Notes under the pieces: generated by a model
Seen by the model: the letters and a program-made list of their open reading frames with translations, nothing else
The model's database searches: none
Told to the model about the DNA's origin: nothing
Made by a program: the position numbers and the translations under genes
Shown: piece by piece, positions 9,101 through 24,200 of the stretch
Layout: every line of letters begins with the position of its first letter
Numbering within the stretch: position 1 is the stretch's first letter
Assembly: GCA_054661495.1 (NCBI GenBank)
Contig: BAAFSQ010000076.1
Location: forward strand, 1-32,000
Direction: 5' to 3'
DNA length: 32,000 bases
From: Zygophlyctis sp. KS116
Lineage: Eukaryota > Fungi > Chytridiomycota

Positions 9101-12100
9101 ATGCCATCATCAGTTTTACAAAAGCAATTAAACAAGTTGAATGGAGGAAAGGAAAGACAAAAAAGTTTGCATTCCTCACTACTCTTTGAAAGATCTAAAC
9201 AAGTGTCATTGCAAGAGATTTATGAAATTGCAAGAGTTGCATTTGAAGAATTTTGTGTGATTGACAAGAGATTTAATGATTTTTTGGAATTATTCTCAAT
9301 GCATCGAATGTCTAGTCATCGAATGGGAATGGTAATGTATTTTAGGCTAAGATTAGAATTTGGAGGAAAATGAGCAGATAAATGCACAAATTTCAAGGTT
9401 TTTGATGGTTTTGTCGCCACATTTTCTGCATTCTAATGCTTTCAAAGTTTTAGAGTATTTGATTAGACATTATAGGTAATGGACAATCTGTAAATTCTAG
9501 GGTTCATGAGTATAATGTGGATGATGTAGTACGATGTATCATTTCTTATCATGAAACAAGACAATTTGTTCAAGTATTGTCTTGTTTAATTATTCAACAA
9601 GAATCACAATGGGGATTTTTAAAAGTGATTCAAAAGTCTAAAGTTCCATTGGATAGAAGTAATCTGGTAAAAAGAGTTATATTAGACTCGTCAATTCTGG
9701 TTTTTATTTTGGATACTGTTCAGAAATCTTTTAATTTAGGAATTTCTCATGTCTCTTTAACTACTTTTTTTAATTCTACTTTTATGGATTTTATTCAAAC
9801 CAAGAGTATGACAGAGAATGATTTGGCATTGATGGTTCCAAGATTATTATCATTTTTAAGTTTAAAGGAAAAGAATTTACAGGCATCTATAGTTATGATT
9901 ATAAATCAGTTATCATCAAAGTGTATACTTGATGAAAAATTGATCTTTTTGATTTTGGAGAAAATGGCAGGGAATATGGATCAAGGGAATATAGGATTTA
10001 TGCTCTCTGGAATGATTGTAATGATTCAGTTGCAAGATCAAAGACAGAGTTTGAAATTTCCTGTAAAGGTTATGGAGTCTATAAGAGATGTGAATGGAGC
10101 TTTTCAGGAATTAATGGCGATTAATGAAAAGTTTAATGCAGAAAAGTTTTTATGTCTATTACTATCATCTTGTCTATTGGCCTCTTTTGAACAATCAGGG
10201 GTAGATTCAAGTGTAGAACAAGGTCAAAATTTAGACTTTTTAAAGAAGCTTTGTGGAATAAGGTTGTCACCCACCGTTGCTGAATTTCTATGTGATCAGT
10301 TATTGCAAACTATAAACAAAAATTCTGGAAATGATGCATCATTAATAATTTTCAAAGAGCTTTATCAAGTCATTCCAAATGATCTTAATAATGTTCTTAC
10401 AAAATACTATGATAATCTTTCTGATACAGCAAAGAAAAGTGATGCAGTGTTTGCTCTCACACAAAAGGCTTTGGAGGGTACCTTGGCTGAGCCGCTCAGT
10501 AATTCTGGGACTTCTCTGTTGTTGAGTCTGGAGCACCCTCATAGTCATTTAAGATGCATGGCAGTGAAAAAACTTGCAAAATCATTGCATAAAAATGATG
10601 GGATTGTTTTTGATGCTGCTGAAATTGAAATGCTACTTATTAATCGGTTAAAAGATGACGATGAAGACGTTATTAGAGCTGTATTGAAGATTAAAGATTT
10701 AGATACTGCCATTTCCTACAAGAAGCTTATGGATGTCCTTGATAGAATTATATGGAGTAGCTCAAAGACCAAGACTGTGATTTCAGCAATAACTGCATTG
10801 CTTCAATATTATAAGCTTGAGCATGATAGTCAAGTTGATCTTTCCGTTTTCCATGTCTGCTTTTGCTTTGCATTTTTGTCAAAAGGTAATAAGGATATCT
10901 CCCAGGCTTTGATTAAAAATTTAAAACTCTACCAGCCCAAGCTTTTCCCATTTTTGCAAGACGCTGAACTTTATGAATGCGAAAAGAAAGATTTTGGAGA
11001 ACGGAACTACTCAATACTCACAAATCTGGCCAGTAAGCATAATTTTTAATAATAAATAGAGAATTCATCTGGAATTCTAGATGCTGTAATTGATGGCTGT
11101 CAGTTAGACAATCTGAAAAAAAGATTTGTATTTACATTGATTTTGAATGCATTAATAGAAGACTCAAAAGGTATGAATATCTCGGTTTATTTTATAGAAT
11201 TCTCACCCACTCAAAGAGCACTTATCGTCAGTATAATTGAAGGCAATATGGTTACATATTTAAAAGCCGATCACAAAACTATTGATTTGAAAGCAATTGC
11301 TTTAAAAGACTTTTGTACACACGGTCTCGATATGGATAGAGTTGATGTCAAAGAAATGCAGTATATTTCACTGCTTTCACTGCAAAATATTTTGATTAAG
11401 AGTTTCAGCAATATGTCTAAATCAGACTGTGAATCTTTAGAAAGTATGCAATTGGCTACCCGATTATGCAGTATAATTTCGAAAATACCAGCCCAAAAAA
11501 CTATAAATCAATTCCTGATCATTTTGTTTACACATTATAAGTCCGCAGTCTTGGGGCTTTGTTGTTTTCAGCTAGCCAATAGTGGTAATTTATCTTAATA
11601 TTTAAATTTAGATCTTCCGGTAGAGGTTAGGATGCTTTCTCTAAAGATTATGTCGGCTTATCTCCAATCCGCCGTTTTGGGAGCAGAAATGCAACATTTA
11701 GCACCATTTATTTTGATGGCATGCTATGATTGCTCAAATGCATTGAGGTCTGTTGGGCTTCAAATATTGAAAATGCTTCATTCAAGATCTGAATCTCATG
11801 GGCTTTCTCATGGGTTACATATCAATAGAATGAATTTAGAGACAGTCAAGTGTATGAATAGTGAAAAGAATTCACTTTTGATGTCTAAGGTTTTGGAGAG
11901 ACATGCTGAAATTCTTGGGGACTGGACTCAGTTGCCATCATACATCGGGGAATTGTGCAAGGATAGGTATGACTTATTTTTTAAACTTATAGTGAAATAT
12001 TATCTTTTTTTACCAGCTTTATAGTATCATCGTCGGATGAGCTTTTGCAGAACACTTTGCTGTCGTTAATAGCAGAAGTTGACAGTGTAAACAAATTCAA

Positions 12101-15100
12101 ATCACTCTTTCCAATGTTTTCCAAGATGTCTGAATTGGAAAGTATAGATGAGAAACAGGCTCGTAAAATCTCACTATTAACGTCTTGCTATACACCCAAT
12201 ATCGCAAAGTTCATGAATTCATCAAACTCTTCACGCTATTTTTCTGCTTTTACTAAATTTCTGACCAGAAGAGATTTTGCCAGTGTTATATTAGCACTAT
12301 TGAAAATGATCACTCAGGAGTTCTTTGATAATCTTCACACTGAACAGCAGACAGAGTTAGTGGAAAAACTTTATCAAATCTTAGGTTATGAAGACTCTGA
12401 ACTTGCCGAAAAAGCTAAGCTAATCTTGAACCAATTATCTTTATCCTCTTTCCATATTTTACCTATTTTAAAGGCTAATGTGGTTTCTAAAGTTGATGAA
12501 AGCAAAAAAATCAAAACTGAAAAAAATACAGCTGATAGTTTGAGTAATTTATTTACATGCTTTCTGGAAATATTGGATTCAAAACAAAACATTGAAAATC
12601 GACAGGATTTGGTTTCACCGCTTTTCGATATACTTAAAGGAATCCTAGATATGGAATTCAACCTACATGAATATATGAAACAACTGCTTCTATCTATAAT
12701 CAATGATATAGTTTCTTCCTTGAACGAACTGAATCTAACTATTGATTCTAATCTTATTCATATTGACACGTTTTTGCAGTGCATTCGCGTCACAGATAAT
12801 GTGCAATCACATAATTTTGTTTTCGATTGTTTATCAAGTGTTACATGCATGCATCCTGAACTGGTTTTAACGAGTGTGATGCCAATATTTACTTTCATGG
12901 GAACCAATGTTCTACGTCAAGATGATGATTTTAGTTTCTTTATTATCAAAAAGACAATTATGGCTATTGTGCCAACTCTTGTGCGGGATGGTATTATGCA
13001 GAAGGAGCTGCAAGGAATTTTGGATGTATTCCTGAATGCTCTACATCATATTCCTAGGCATCGCCGGCTTCCAATATATAAGATTCTTATAGAGGAACTT
13101 GGACCAGCCTTGTTTTTAGGAAAAGTATTGTTAATGATCTTAGAAAATGATTCCTCTGATAGCCGAACTTGGGCTTTAAAAAATACATACAACTTTTGCA
13201 GCCAGCTAATTGCTGAATTTTCTGTTGATATGCAACTCAATGTAAGTTATATATTAATTAATGAATAAGGCATTGACATTTATTTTAAGTTCTGTTCATG
13301 AACAATTAAAAGCTAAAAAAAAGGGGATGAAAAATCACACGGAGGTTGTAAACTTTGTGAATATTTGTCTTAAAAATGACGAAATGGTTAAATTGATCAC
13401 ATTGAATGAATCCGGAATTAAAAAAGATATAACATCTTTCGTAGAAGTTCTGCTTCAAGGAATATGCCAATTAGAGAAAGGTAAGATATATTTAAGAAAA
13501 CTTAATCATATAGACGAGGACCTTCCAGGACTCCCAGAAGCCTTCCACTTAATTATGGGTATCTTGCCAATTGATCAGTTTATTGAAACTATTAAAACCT
13601 TGTTTCAACATACAGATGAAAACGTGGCGATCAGGGCAATCTCAACTCTTGAAGATAAAATTGTTAGTCACAATACTGATCCGAATTATTGCCATGCATT
13701 GCTCCCTCTTGTTAATTCAATCATTAGCTTATCAAACTCCAAAAAGCAGATATCTGAAAAAGTTCAAGCAACTTTCTCTTGTTGCGGGGAGTTGGCTCGA
13801 GCTTTAGGTGAATCATTCCGGGAAGATTTAGTTACATTGGTACCTTTTATTATCGGTGCTAACGGACTTCGGAATACAAAACCAGATGTTGTCTCGTCTG
13901 CCATGATGACATTGAATTACTTCTTAAGGAGCTTGGGTGCTCGAATAATCCCATTTCTGCCTCAATTCATGCCACAGGTCGTTAATATACTTCGTAGAGA
14001 AATTCAGTCAAATTCTCAAGATCCCTTAATGCTTTCAACCGTATTTCTAACGATTGATGTTGTTTCAGAAACTTTGCCGCAGTTTATCAGCTCTTATACA
14101 CCTGACATTATCAAACTTGCAGTTAATCCCAATATCTTCAAATTAAAGGGCTTGAAATCGTTGGAATCTGCGTCTAATTCTCTGGGAGCTATGTCTGAAT
14201 ACATTTCTCCCAGACACCTCTTGCCTACCATATTTTCATCACTCAGTGATTCATTTAATTTCGGAAAAACCAGTTTGATGGTCTTGTTTAACTTTCTAAA
14301 CAAAATTTTAAAGAATATCAGCAAAACAGATATTTTGGAATTCCGATCTGACTTGACAAAGTTCTTCCTGGAAGCTTTTGATTTTAGATCCAAGATCAAG
14401 GAGAATCTCATTTCTACCGATATGCTATCATTGGAAAATTGCATTATCTCCTCATTTTTCCAGCTAGTTCTAAAATTAAATGACGAACATTTCAAGCCTA
14501 TTTATTTGAAAATGGTTGATTGGGCAACATTAAGCATATCTTTTGATTCCTTATCTCAAGATGATATGATTAAGCGACAAATTACTTTTTATCATATCTT
14601 GGATGAAATGTTTACACGCTTAAAGGTATTTTTACATTATTTATTAACAATAGGGTCTATTAATTCCCTACTATAACTATACAATTGATCCATCACTTTT
14701 AATACTTGAAAACTTTAAAAAAGGAAATGATTATCTTGACTTATGGACCTCTTGCCTATCTACAATCCAAAAGTATTTAGAATTTAATGATAAAGGTAAT
14801 AATACTCTACAATTAAACATATTAGGAAGTCTGGATGACACAAAGTTTACCAAAGTACTCACAGCTCTTTTAAATCAATTGGATTTAAATAATGAATTTG
14901 AACAGGATTATTTGGAGCTTATGTCTAGATCTATATTACCTTGTATCAGTGAATTAGCAGTTTTCACTAAAGATGAATCTCAAAGAAAACAAATCAATAA
15001 GGCTTTATGCTTAAAGACTCGATCTAATGAAACTGAAACCCGGTTAATGACTGTCTTGATCTTGAAAGATGTTTACAAGCGTGTTGGGGAGCCCATGTTA

Positions 15101-15235
15101 ACCTTTTTCCCTGAAACTATTCCATTTATAGCAGAACTAATGGAGGACGAAGATTTAGAAGAGCCTACTCAGGATCTATGTCTTGTTATTCAAGATCACT
15201 TGGGAGAACCCATCCAACAGTACTTCACACAATAA
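9101..15235 (+). CDS. UTP10: U3 snoRNP/SSU processome HEAT-repeat protein Utp10 (HEATR1/BAP28), 11 exons, about 1952 aa
   Basis: Motifs MPSSVLQKQL...SLLF, KVLEYLIRHYRVHEYN, VMPIFTFMGTNVLRQDDDFS, HIPRHRR, LKLNDEHFKP and PETIPFIAELMEDED. Introns 9332-9356, 9476-9500, 11033-11059, 11171-11197, 11585-11611, 11967-11992, 13242-13269, 13481-13513, 14626-14653, 14796-14825. The spliced length is divisible by 3. Confidence 0.93.
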
Positions 15236-15299
15236 ACGTTTTAGTTCCTAACCAGGAGATTGAGTTGCATTAGCCTTGTCCTTAAAAATAAACAAGTCG

Positions 15300-18200
15300 A
15301 TGGATCTACAGAATTGCCAAGTCTCTGCACTAAGGCTTACTGATGACTCGGTGGATAATTCTGTTAAACTGGCGATTTTGAATGAACTTCGGGATGGAAT
15401 TGAAATCGTTCAAAGCCTCGAATATTCAAAGTATTTGGCACTTTTATTACCAGTGTTTATTCAACTGTTGAAGCAAGTAGACGTTTCATTTCAGTCACAG
15501 GAACTCGATCAGAAGATTAGGATGGTTGTATTGGAAATTTGTCACAGGCTTCCTCAATCTGAGGCGCTAAAGCCTTGGGCCGGCGAACTGATTGGTTGTC
15601 TAATGAATGTATTAGTAAATGATAATGAAGATGTTGCATCACTTGCTCTAAAGGTAATTTTACATTACTAAATCAAGGTGATTGTAGATTTACACAAGAA
15701 TTACAAGTCAGCAGTAGAAGGACATGTTCAAGCCTTTTTTGATTTTGTAGAAATGGGATATAAAAATATTGAAGAAACTGTGGCAAAAGTATTTGCAGAA
15801 AGTGTATATTGTTTTTCTTTAATTTGAAATAGGTGCCAAATACTCCAGGATCAAGTGCAGGTAATGACGCACCAAGAAAGTTGAAGAAATCTTTGAATTC
15901 TTTCAAAGTATTGACAGAATGTCCGATTATTATTGCTTTGCTGTTTCAATTGCACAAGAAATATGTTGCTGCAAATGTTCCTGTTTTAGTACCTCTGATA
16001 ATTAAAGCTATACAATTGGTTCCTATTGCACAAGAAGTTGCCCATTCTAAAGCAAAAAAGGAAAAAAAGCTACAGATTGGGATGACTAATGAAATTGCTA
16101 ATAAGACTGCTTACTCGGAATTAATTGCACTACAGGTATTATAATTTTTAGACTGAAATATAGGTTAAAACATTGTCATTTATTGCTTATATTTTGCGTA
16201 GTTTTGTCAGTCATTTAAAACCATATCAAGATGCTATAGCAGATGCTGTATTGGCTTTAATGCAGAATTGTCCAAGTGATGATTCAGTTACTAGAAAAGA
16301 ATTATTAGTTGCAACCAGGCATATACTTTTTACAGATTTTAGATTGCCTTTTTTAAGGTATGTAGATTTGCTTTTGGATGAAAATGTAATTGTGGGCACT
16401 GGATTAACATCTCGAGAGACTTTACGGTAAATTATTGTATTGATTAATATTATAGTCCTATAGCTCACTCTGTACTTCAAGACTTGCTTTATCATTTACG
16501 AAATGATTTAAATCAATCACAAATCTCGAAAATTATTACGATATGTGCCAAGAATTTGCATGATCCATCCTTTAGTTTATCCATGCAAATGATCTGTTTG
16601 AAGCTTCTAATCAATTTTACAGAGCCGATAACCAGATTACCCTCTAAATTTGAAAGTAGGATTAGTTTTTTAAATTTTTTAGGCAGGCTTCTACTGGTAA
16701 GAATTTTGGATGCGCTTGAAAAACGATTTGTTGCATTGAGAATGTCTATGAATTCAGTCGTTCAGCATGTCAAATCATCGCAATCCAATCCAAAATCAAT
16801 GGCGGATGGTCAGCAATCACTAACAAATTTATTGGATGAGAATACATCACCAATATCCTCTTATATGGATATTGGCTTCGTCCAACCGATTAAAACTTCA
16901 GCCCGCTTTTTAGATGGATCTATAGATGTACTGAAAGGTTAGTGTTTTTAATAATTGTTAGATGTAAAATTGATGTTTAAGTCTCTCAGTCAAGGGACTA
17001 AGTCGGTTACAGCCGCTTTGCGACTTGTTAGTAGTTCAGTTCCTGCTTTGGGGATGGATCAGCCCGTTCCCGTCAAGTCTCTTGAAGATCAAGTTGGTGT
17101 TTATATGAATATTTTGGTTAATGGCTTGGAATGTTTGGACTTGTATAACATAGATCTGCTTCTTAAACCAGAGTCTGCAAAAAATGAATCCGTAGCTACA
17201 AGTCATGGAATCAGTCCAACTGCTAAGGAAGATAAAGAAGCCATGGATGCGTTTGCGCTTATATTTGGAACTTTAGAGCCTTTTGTTTTCCAGGAAATCT
17301 TTGAATCTAAAATGCCTTTCCTCTTTGAAAGAATGGTTCAGAATTCTTTTGGATTACTTATACCTCAATTTTTCTTGGCCAACACTGCAACATCACCTGG
17401 TTTTATTGGACTTCTTCTGCGCTATCTTGTGGATAGACTTGAAGATTTGGGTTCCGCTAATCAAACACTGACAAATGTGATGCTAAGGCTGTTCAAGCTC
17501 ATATTCATGGCCATAACTCTGTTCCCGGAAAAAAATGAACCGGTTCTTCGTATGTTTTTGGGAAATTTAATTGTTAATTCTATGAAACTCTCTTCAAAAG
17601 CAAAAGTTCCTGTCAATTACTTTCTTTTGCTAAGATTTTTGTTCAGAAGTATTAGCGGAGGGCGATTTGAGCTACTATACCAGGAGGTATTACCGCTTCT
17701 TCCCTTGCTTTTTGAAACTTTAAATTCATTGCTGGCATCTCCCCACAAAAAGCAGATGAAGGAGTTGTTTGTTGAACTCTGTTTAACAGTCCCTGTAAGA
17801 TTAAGTGTTTTGCTACCGTTTTTGTCATACTTAATGCGCCCTTTAATTTTGTCTCTATCTGCAAGCACAGATCTAGTTAGTCAGGGCCTAAGAACCTTAG
17901 AGCTATGTGTTGACAATTTAACTCAGGAATTTTTAGAACCGATGATAACTCCATATATTGATGATCTAATTGCTGGATTGTGGCGGCACTTGAAGCCATT
18001 ACCGTACAATCAGATCCACAGTCATACAGCTATGCGTATTTTGGGGAAATTGGGTGGGAAAAATCGTCGCTTTATGAATAACCCTTCTGGTTTCCAGATC
18101 AAAAACGAAGAGAAACTGAAATTAAACCTCTCTTTCACCTTTAAAGAGAGTGATAAAGTTAATACCTGTAATTTAGAAGAAGTTCTTATGATTGCAATGC

Positions 18201-21200
18201 AAATATTGGAGGATAATGATGAACGGGAGTACTCATACAGGCAGGCGTTTGAATTTGTAAAATCTTGTTTGCCGCTTTTAATGGATTTTCTCCCATACGA
18301 ATCATTTTTAAATCTTTCTTTAAAAATGAAATCGCAACTCAAAGAGGGTAGAAATCAGACGGATTCAAATGAAATGCAAGTATCTGATGAGCCATTTAGT
18401 TTTCAGCCAGATGTTTCCTTCAAATGTATTAATTCATTAGAGCATACTATTTATACTCTTTTTAAGGCAATTTTTTCAGCAGCTGTTATTCATGAATCGC
18501 TTCAAAACGAAGCGGAAATTCTTTTAGATCATTTTACACAATATTTTACTCTTGTATCAATAGTAGAGGCTAAAAAATATGGTGATTTCAAAACATCGGA
18601 CGATTCTGCCGATCGTTCATACAACGAAACGGGCTTTCTAAAGGCGCTGGCTGATGCCATTGCATCCGAAGATGAGAAGAAACGCATGATTGGCGAGAAA
18701 TGTGTTATCAGCATTTATAATTATTACAAAGCTCATGCTTCTCCTGATATGTCTCTTGGAGGGTTTCCATCTTTTCATATTTTAGCGACTCTTTTCTGTG
18801 GGCAATGCTATGATCGAAACCCCCCTGTTAAAAATGGTGGCTGTTACGGAATATCTATTCTGTCATCAAAGATTGATCTTGGCTGTGGATGGATGCTCAA
18901 TCATGAGCTTGATTTTGTAAAATCCCTTTTATTTGTACTTAAGGATTGCTCACCATATATTTCTTCATCGAATTTAGAAGCATCCGTCCAGACTTTCTCA
19001 CATGTTCTCAAGGTTTGCAATAGACAAGAAGATGAAGATGGGAGCTCAGATAGGCAAGCCAAATTTAATAATTTGGTTTCATTATTAATCTCTGAATTGT
19101 CTAATTCTAATTCTATAGTAAGGGAGACAATACAATCAGCTTTTCAACTATTGGCAGATCTCACTGGAAATGAAGTCACAGAAATAATGACACCGGTCCG
19201 TGAACGTCTTCTTGCACCCATTTTTGCAAAACCGTTGCGCGCACTTCCTTTTGCCATGCAAATAGGCCATATAGACGCCATTACTTACTGTCTTTCTCTT
19301 AGACCCCCACTACTCTCCTTTTCAGAGGAATTAGTAAGATTGATACAAGAGGCCCTCGCCCTCGCCGATGCAGAGGATCAAGCTCTGGTCAGTAAATCAA
19401 ACCAATATAAAAATGCAACATCTCTGACGAATCTTCGTGTTGTATGCATTAAACTTCTTTCTGCAACGATGGCCAGTTCTGAATTCATGGCGCCCAAACA
19501 GGCTCCTACTAGGTCTAGAATTATCTCGGTGTTTTTTAAATCTTTATATTCGAAGTCTACAGAAGTCGTGGAATGCTCTTATAAAGGTAGAATTTTTTAT
19601 TATAAATATCCAGGTCTTCAACAAGTCCTTTCGCAGCAGCATAAAATCCCAAAAGATTTACTTCAGGCAGGTCTTCGACCAATTCTGATAAACTTGTCTG
19701 ATCATAAGCGTCTGACTGTTTCAGGTCTAGAAGGACTGGGGCGTCTGCTTGAATTGTTGAATAACTATTTTAAAGTGGAAATCGGAAAGAAGCTTTTAGA
19801 TCATTTAAGAGTATGGGCAGATCCTGCGGTCCTGGAAGACGCGTCGAATCGGCCTATAAATGAAGTTGAAGAAGTGAGAATTATTGCGGCCATCTTAGAT
19901 ATATTTTGTCTACTCCCTGCTTCGGCTAACATGTTCTTGGAGGATGTTATAAAGGAACTAGTTTCTTTAGAAGCTAAGCTACATAGAACGTCTTCTAGTC
20001 CTTTCAGAAAGCCTGTGCTTAAATTTCTGGGCAGATACCCTAGTGAGTCCATAGAATATTTCTATGGAAAAATATCTGATAATGCCCATTTTGCTGATTT
20101 ATTTAGTTCCCTATTGGATTCGGAGCACGCTTCTATTTTAAGAATGGAGGTTATCAGGACCTATCAAAGGCTTTTAGAAATTACCCTCAAGTCTAAATCC
20201 AAGAATTCCTTGGAGTGTAAGAAGCAAGGCATTATTGTTCTAGCTAAGATAGTGAAGCATAATCCTAGTTGGATGGAAGAAGATCTTGTTTTAAGTATTA
20301 AAACCATCTGGGATGAAATTTTTGACAATAACGGATATCAGCGGTTCCTTTCAGAAGAGGTTTCTCAGTCTCAGAATATTCTTCGAATTATGATCTCAAG
20401 TGCAAAGAATTCCCCAGTAGACATTGAATTACTTTTTGCTATTTTACAGGGATTCGAACGGAATGACATTTTAGACACCGGGGAATTAAAACAGTTTATA
20501 TTTGATCATATTAGCCAAAATTTGGATGTCAAAATCAAGCGCAGCATAATTGAACGTTTTCTTTCTATATTTGCTGATGAAAGAGTTTCACAATTGTACA
20601 AGCGTAATGTTTTGCGATTTTTGGTAAACCCCATGTTACTTCAAACCGTTCAAATGGATCCAGAAATATTTGCAGAAATTATTGATCTAGAGATTATAAG
20701 CCAGGTACAAAATCAAATATGGGCTCCCTTATCAACTGAAAAATTGGATAATATAATTACTGAAGACTTCTTGAAGGTGGAATTGCTTCAGTTGACTGCC
20801 CTTCTTATTCAATATGCCTCAAATTCAATTAGTGAGATAAGGAAAGATTTGATAAAGTTTGCATGGAAACATTTTAAAGTCGACGATACTATTTGCAAGC
20901 AGGCAGCTTATGTCGTTTTAGCCCGGTTTATCCGAGAATATGAAACACCGGTAAAAATTGTTATTCAAATTTATGTTGCTCTACTAAGAGCATATCAGGC
21001 CGAAGGAAAAACATTAGCAAAGCAGGCTTTGGATATTTTGTTACCAGTCCTTCCACAGCGAATGTCAGATTCTGGATCTGACATTAAAATGGCTACTTGG
21101 GTCCGATGGACTAGAAAAATTATAGTTGAAGAGGGCCATAACACATCACAGCTGGTTATGATATATCAATTAATTATTCGACATGCTCAGCAGTTTTACG

Positions 21201-24200
21201 AAAGCCGGGATCACTTTATCCCACATATAGTATTCAGTCTTGCTAAGTTGGGACTTTCTCCAAATGCTACTGCTGAAACGCGAAACTTAACAATGGATAT
21301 ATCGGAAGTTATGCTGAACTGGGAACAACTGGCGATTAAAGAATATCGGCAAAATAAAAATGAGAATAAAGGTATAAATAATTTTCTAATTGGAAAGACG
21401 CCATGGATTGGAAAACAGACAAAGACTCTGACTGTTTTTCCGAAACATTATGTTGGAGAGATTCTAACTACGCCGAAATGCTGCTTAACTATTTAATATG
21501 TTTTTCTACCTCAGCAAATGAAACTGTGCAAATGAAGGGACCAGTGTACAGAGCTTTGCAGATTATGCGTGTATTCTTAGACATTTTCCCTACAACATCT
21601 GTAAAACTGGTGCATTTCGAAAAATCGTCGACATTTGCAGACGGTGGAACAAGTTACAATTCGATTTCAAACTCCATCGACACATTGTCTGTTTTATCTG
21701 AGTTAAAATCAAATTCTTGGATAGTAGGAAATATTTTGAATATTCAGCCATTTATTGAATCATGGATAAAATTAGCTAACCCCAAACTTTCTGAAAACAT
21801 CAAAGTTCTTGTGAGCAGTATTTTGAAAGCAATTGGAGAAACAGAGTCAGAGGAAGTTTCTTCCTTTAAAAGCTTCGTGGAAACGAGTATAATCAATGGC
21901 TTACGTGATACTTCTTGTCTTCCAATCACTATCGCACTGATAGATTCAGGTCTTAAATTATCTGATTATTCAGTTTTCATAACAGATCTCATAAAAGCGC
22001 TCCAAAAAGTTATAAAAGAAATTCAAGTAGCTCCACCCACACCAGTTGCTGGATCTTCAAAGCAATCCGATTCAATTGGAATTTCTCTCAAGATCATTAG
22101 AATTCTAAATGATAACTTGGTATTCTTGGGAGAACAGCGTAGATCTTTTCTTCAATCATTATTATTATTAATTGAATTGACAGATGATGATGAAGTATTA
22201 AATGCTATTATACAGATTGCCCGAAGGTGGATTTTTGACAAGGAAACTGCGTTTCCCACTCTTAAAGAAAAGGCTAATATTTTAACTAAAATGATGTCTT
22301 TTCATAGTAGAAATTTAAATGATCTTTTCGATAGATTTTTAGAACTTGTTGCTGATGTATATTCAGACTCTCAATTTATTGGTACAGAACTAAGTGTGAA
22401 ATTAGAGCCTGCATTTTTAATGGGAGCAATCCGCAGAAAAAATCCGTTACTAAGCGAACGATTCTGCAATATTCTAGACGATTCAATTGGCAAAAACATA
22501 TACTCTCGTTTATCATATATTCTAGGTGTTCAGAAGTGGGAACCTTTGGCTGATCAGTATTGGATGGGTATTGCACTCGATATTTGTATGCGGGCGATTG
22601 ATTCGGATTCTACCATTTCTCATTCATCAGTAGGATTTAAGCTTCCTATGCCTGTAGATGAGACTTCGGCATCTATGAATGATACTCTTTCTCATGCAAA
22701 TGTTTCTTATTCTGAATCTTTTGTTAATTTTCTTAAAGGAATGGGCCAAGAGCATATTGATCGACTTGTCGCATCCGTCCGATATTTAGTTAAATTGGAC
22801 GATAATCTGTGCCATAAAGTTTGGGCTGGTCTATTTCCAGTTTTCTGTTCCTCTATTACCAAACGACAACGAAACGATTTAACCAAAATTCTTATTCCGT
22901 TATTATCAAAAGAGTTCCATATCAAGCAAGCGGAAATAAGACCAAATGTTATACAAACTCTTTTAAATGGGATAAGCGTTTCTGAACCTCCCCTTCATTT
23001 GCCCCCTCAACTCGTTAAATATCTTGGAAAAACTTTCAACGCATGGTATACAGCCATTGATTTGTTAAGTAGACCTATTTCATTTATATTTGATGGTAGT
23101 GGTTCGTCTGCCTCCCGTGATCAGGAAAGGATTAGAGACTTCACAATTGATGCACTTATTGATGTTTGTACTAGCGTAGGAGAGAGTGATCTGGTTTATG
23201 GGCTATCAAGAAGCCGGTCATTTTTCGATGAAACAAATTGTGCCTTATCATTTGAACAAATCGGGCTTTGGGCTCAAGCTCAAACTATGTATGAATCTGC
23301 CCAATCGAAAGCTAGATCTGGCATTCTTCCATTTACTGAATCGGAATATTGTTTATGGGAGAGCAACTGGATTGGGTGTGCACAAAGGCTTCAACAATGG
23401 GATATTTTAACTGACTTAGCAAGGGCTGAATCCGATGCGTCGCTCACCTTAGAATGCGCTTGGCGTTTATCAGATTGGCAAGCGGAGCGTGACTTTTTAA
23501 CATCAACTGTTTCATCCGTTGCACAAGATGATATCCGGAAACAGATATTTGAATCCTTTCTCCTGCTTCAAAACTATAATGAGGGAAAATGTTCAATTAT
23601 AGAAGTTCAAAGAGTTTGTGATGAGGGTGTACAGTCAGTAATGCGCCAATGGAGTTGTTTACCAAATAGTATTTCAGATTCTCATGTATCTTTAATGCAC
23701 AGTTTTCAGCTTTTTGTTGAAATGACGGAAGCGTGTCAAATTGTGTCTAATTTACAGAGCACAAATGCAGGAAATATAGACTCTAAGTCACAAGAACTCA
23801 AAGGTATTCTTCAGGTGTGGAGAGATCGACTACCAAATGAATGGGATGACATAAATATGTGGAGTGACATAGTATCATGGAGACAGCACGTTTTTTCAAT
23901 TGTAAATAAGGCTTATTTGCCACTTATACCGCAACTTTCACAGACAAATTCTGTCGCCGGAAATTCAACTAGTTCTTACGCATATCGCGGTTATCATGAG
24001 ACTGCTTGGATAATTAACAGATTTGCTCACATCTGCAGAAAGCATGATTTGAATGATGTATGCTTTACAGCACTGAGTAAAATATATACCTTACCGAATA
24101 TTGAAATTCAGGAGGCTTTCTTCAAATTAAGAGAGCAAGCCAAATGTCACTTTCGATTACCTTCAGATTATCCAGCCGGGCTAGATGTCATTAATAATAC

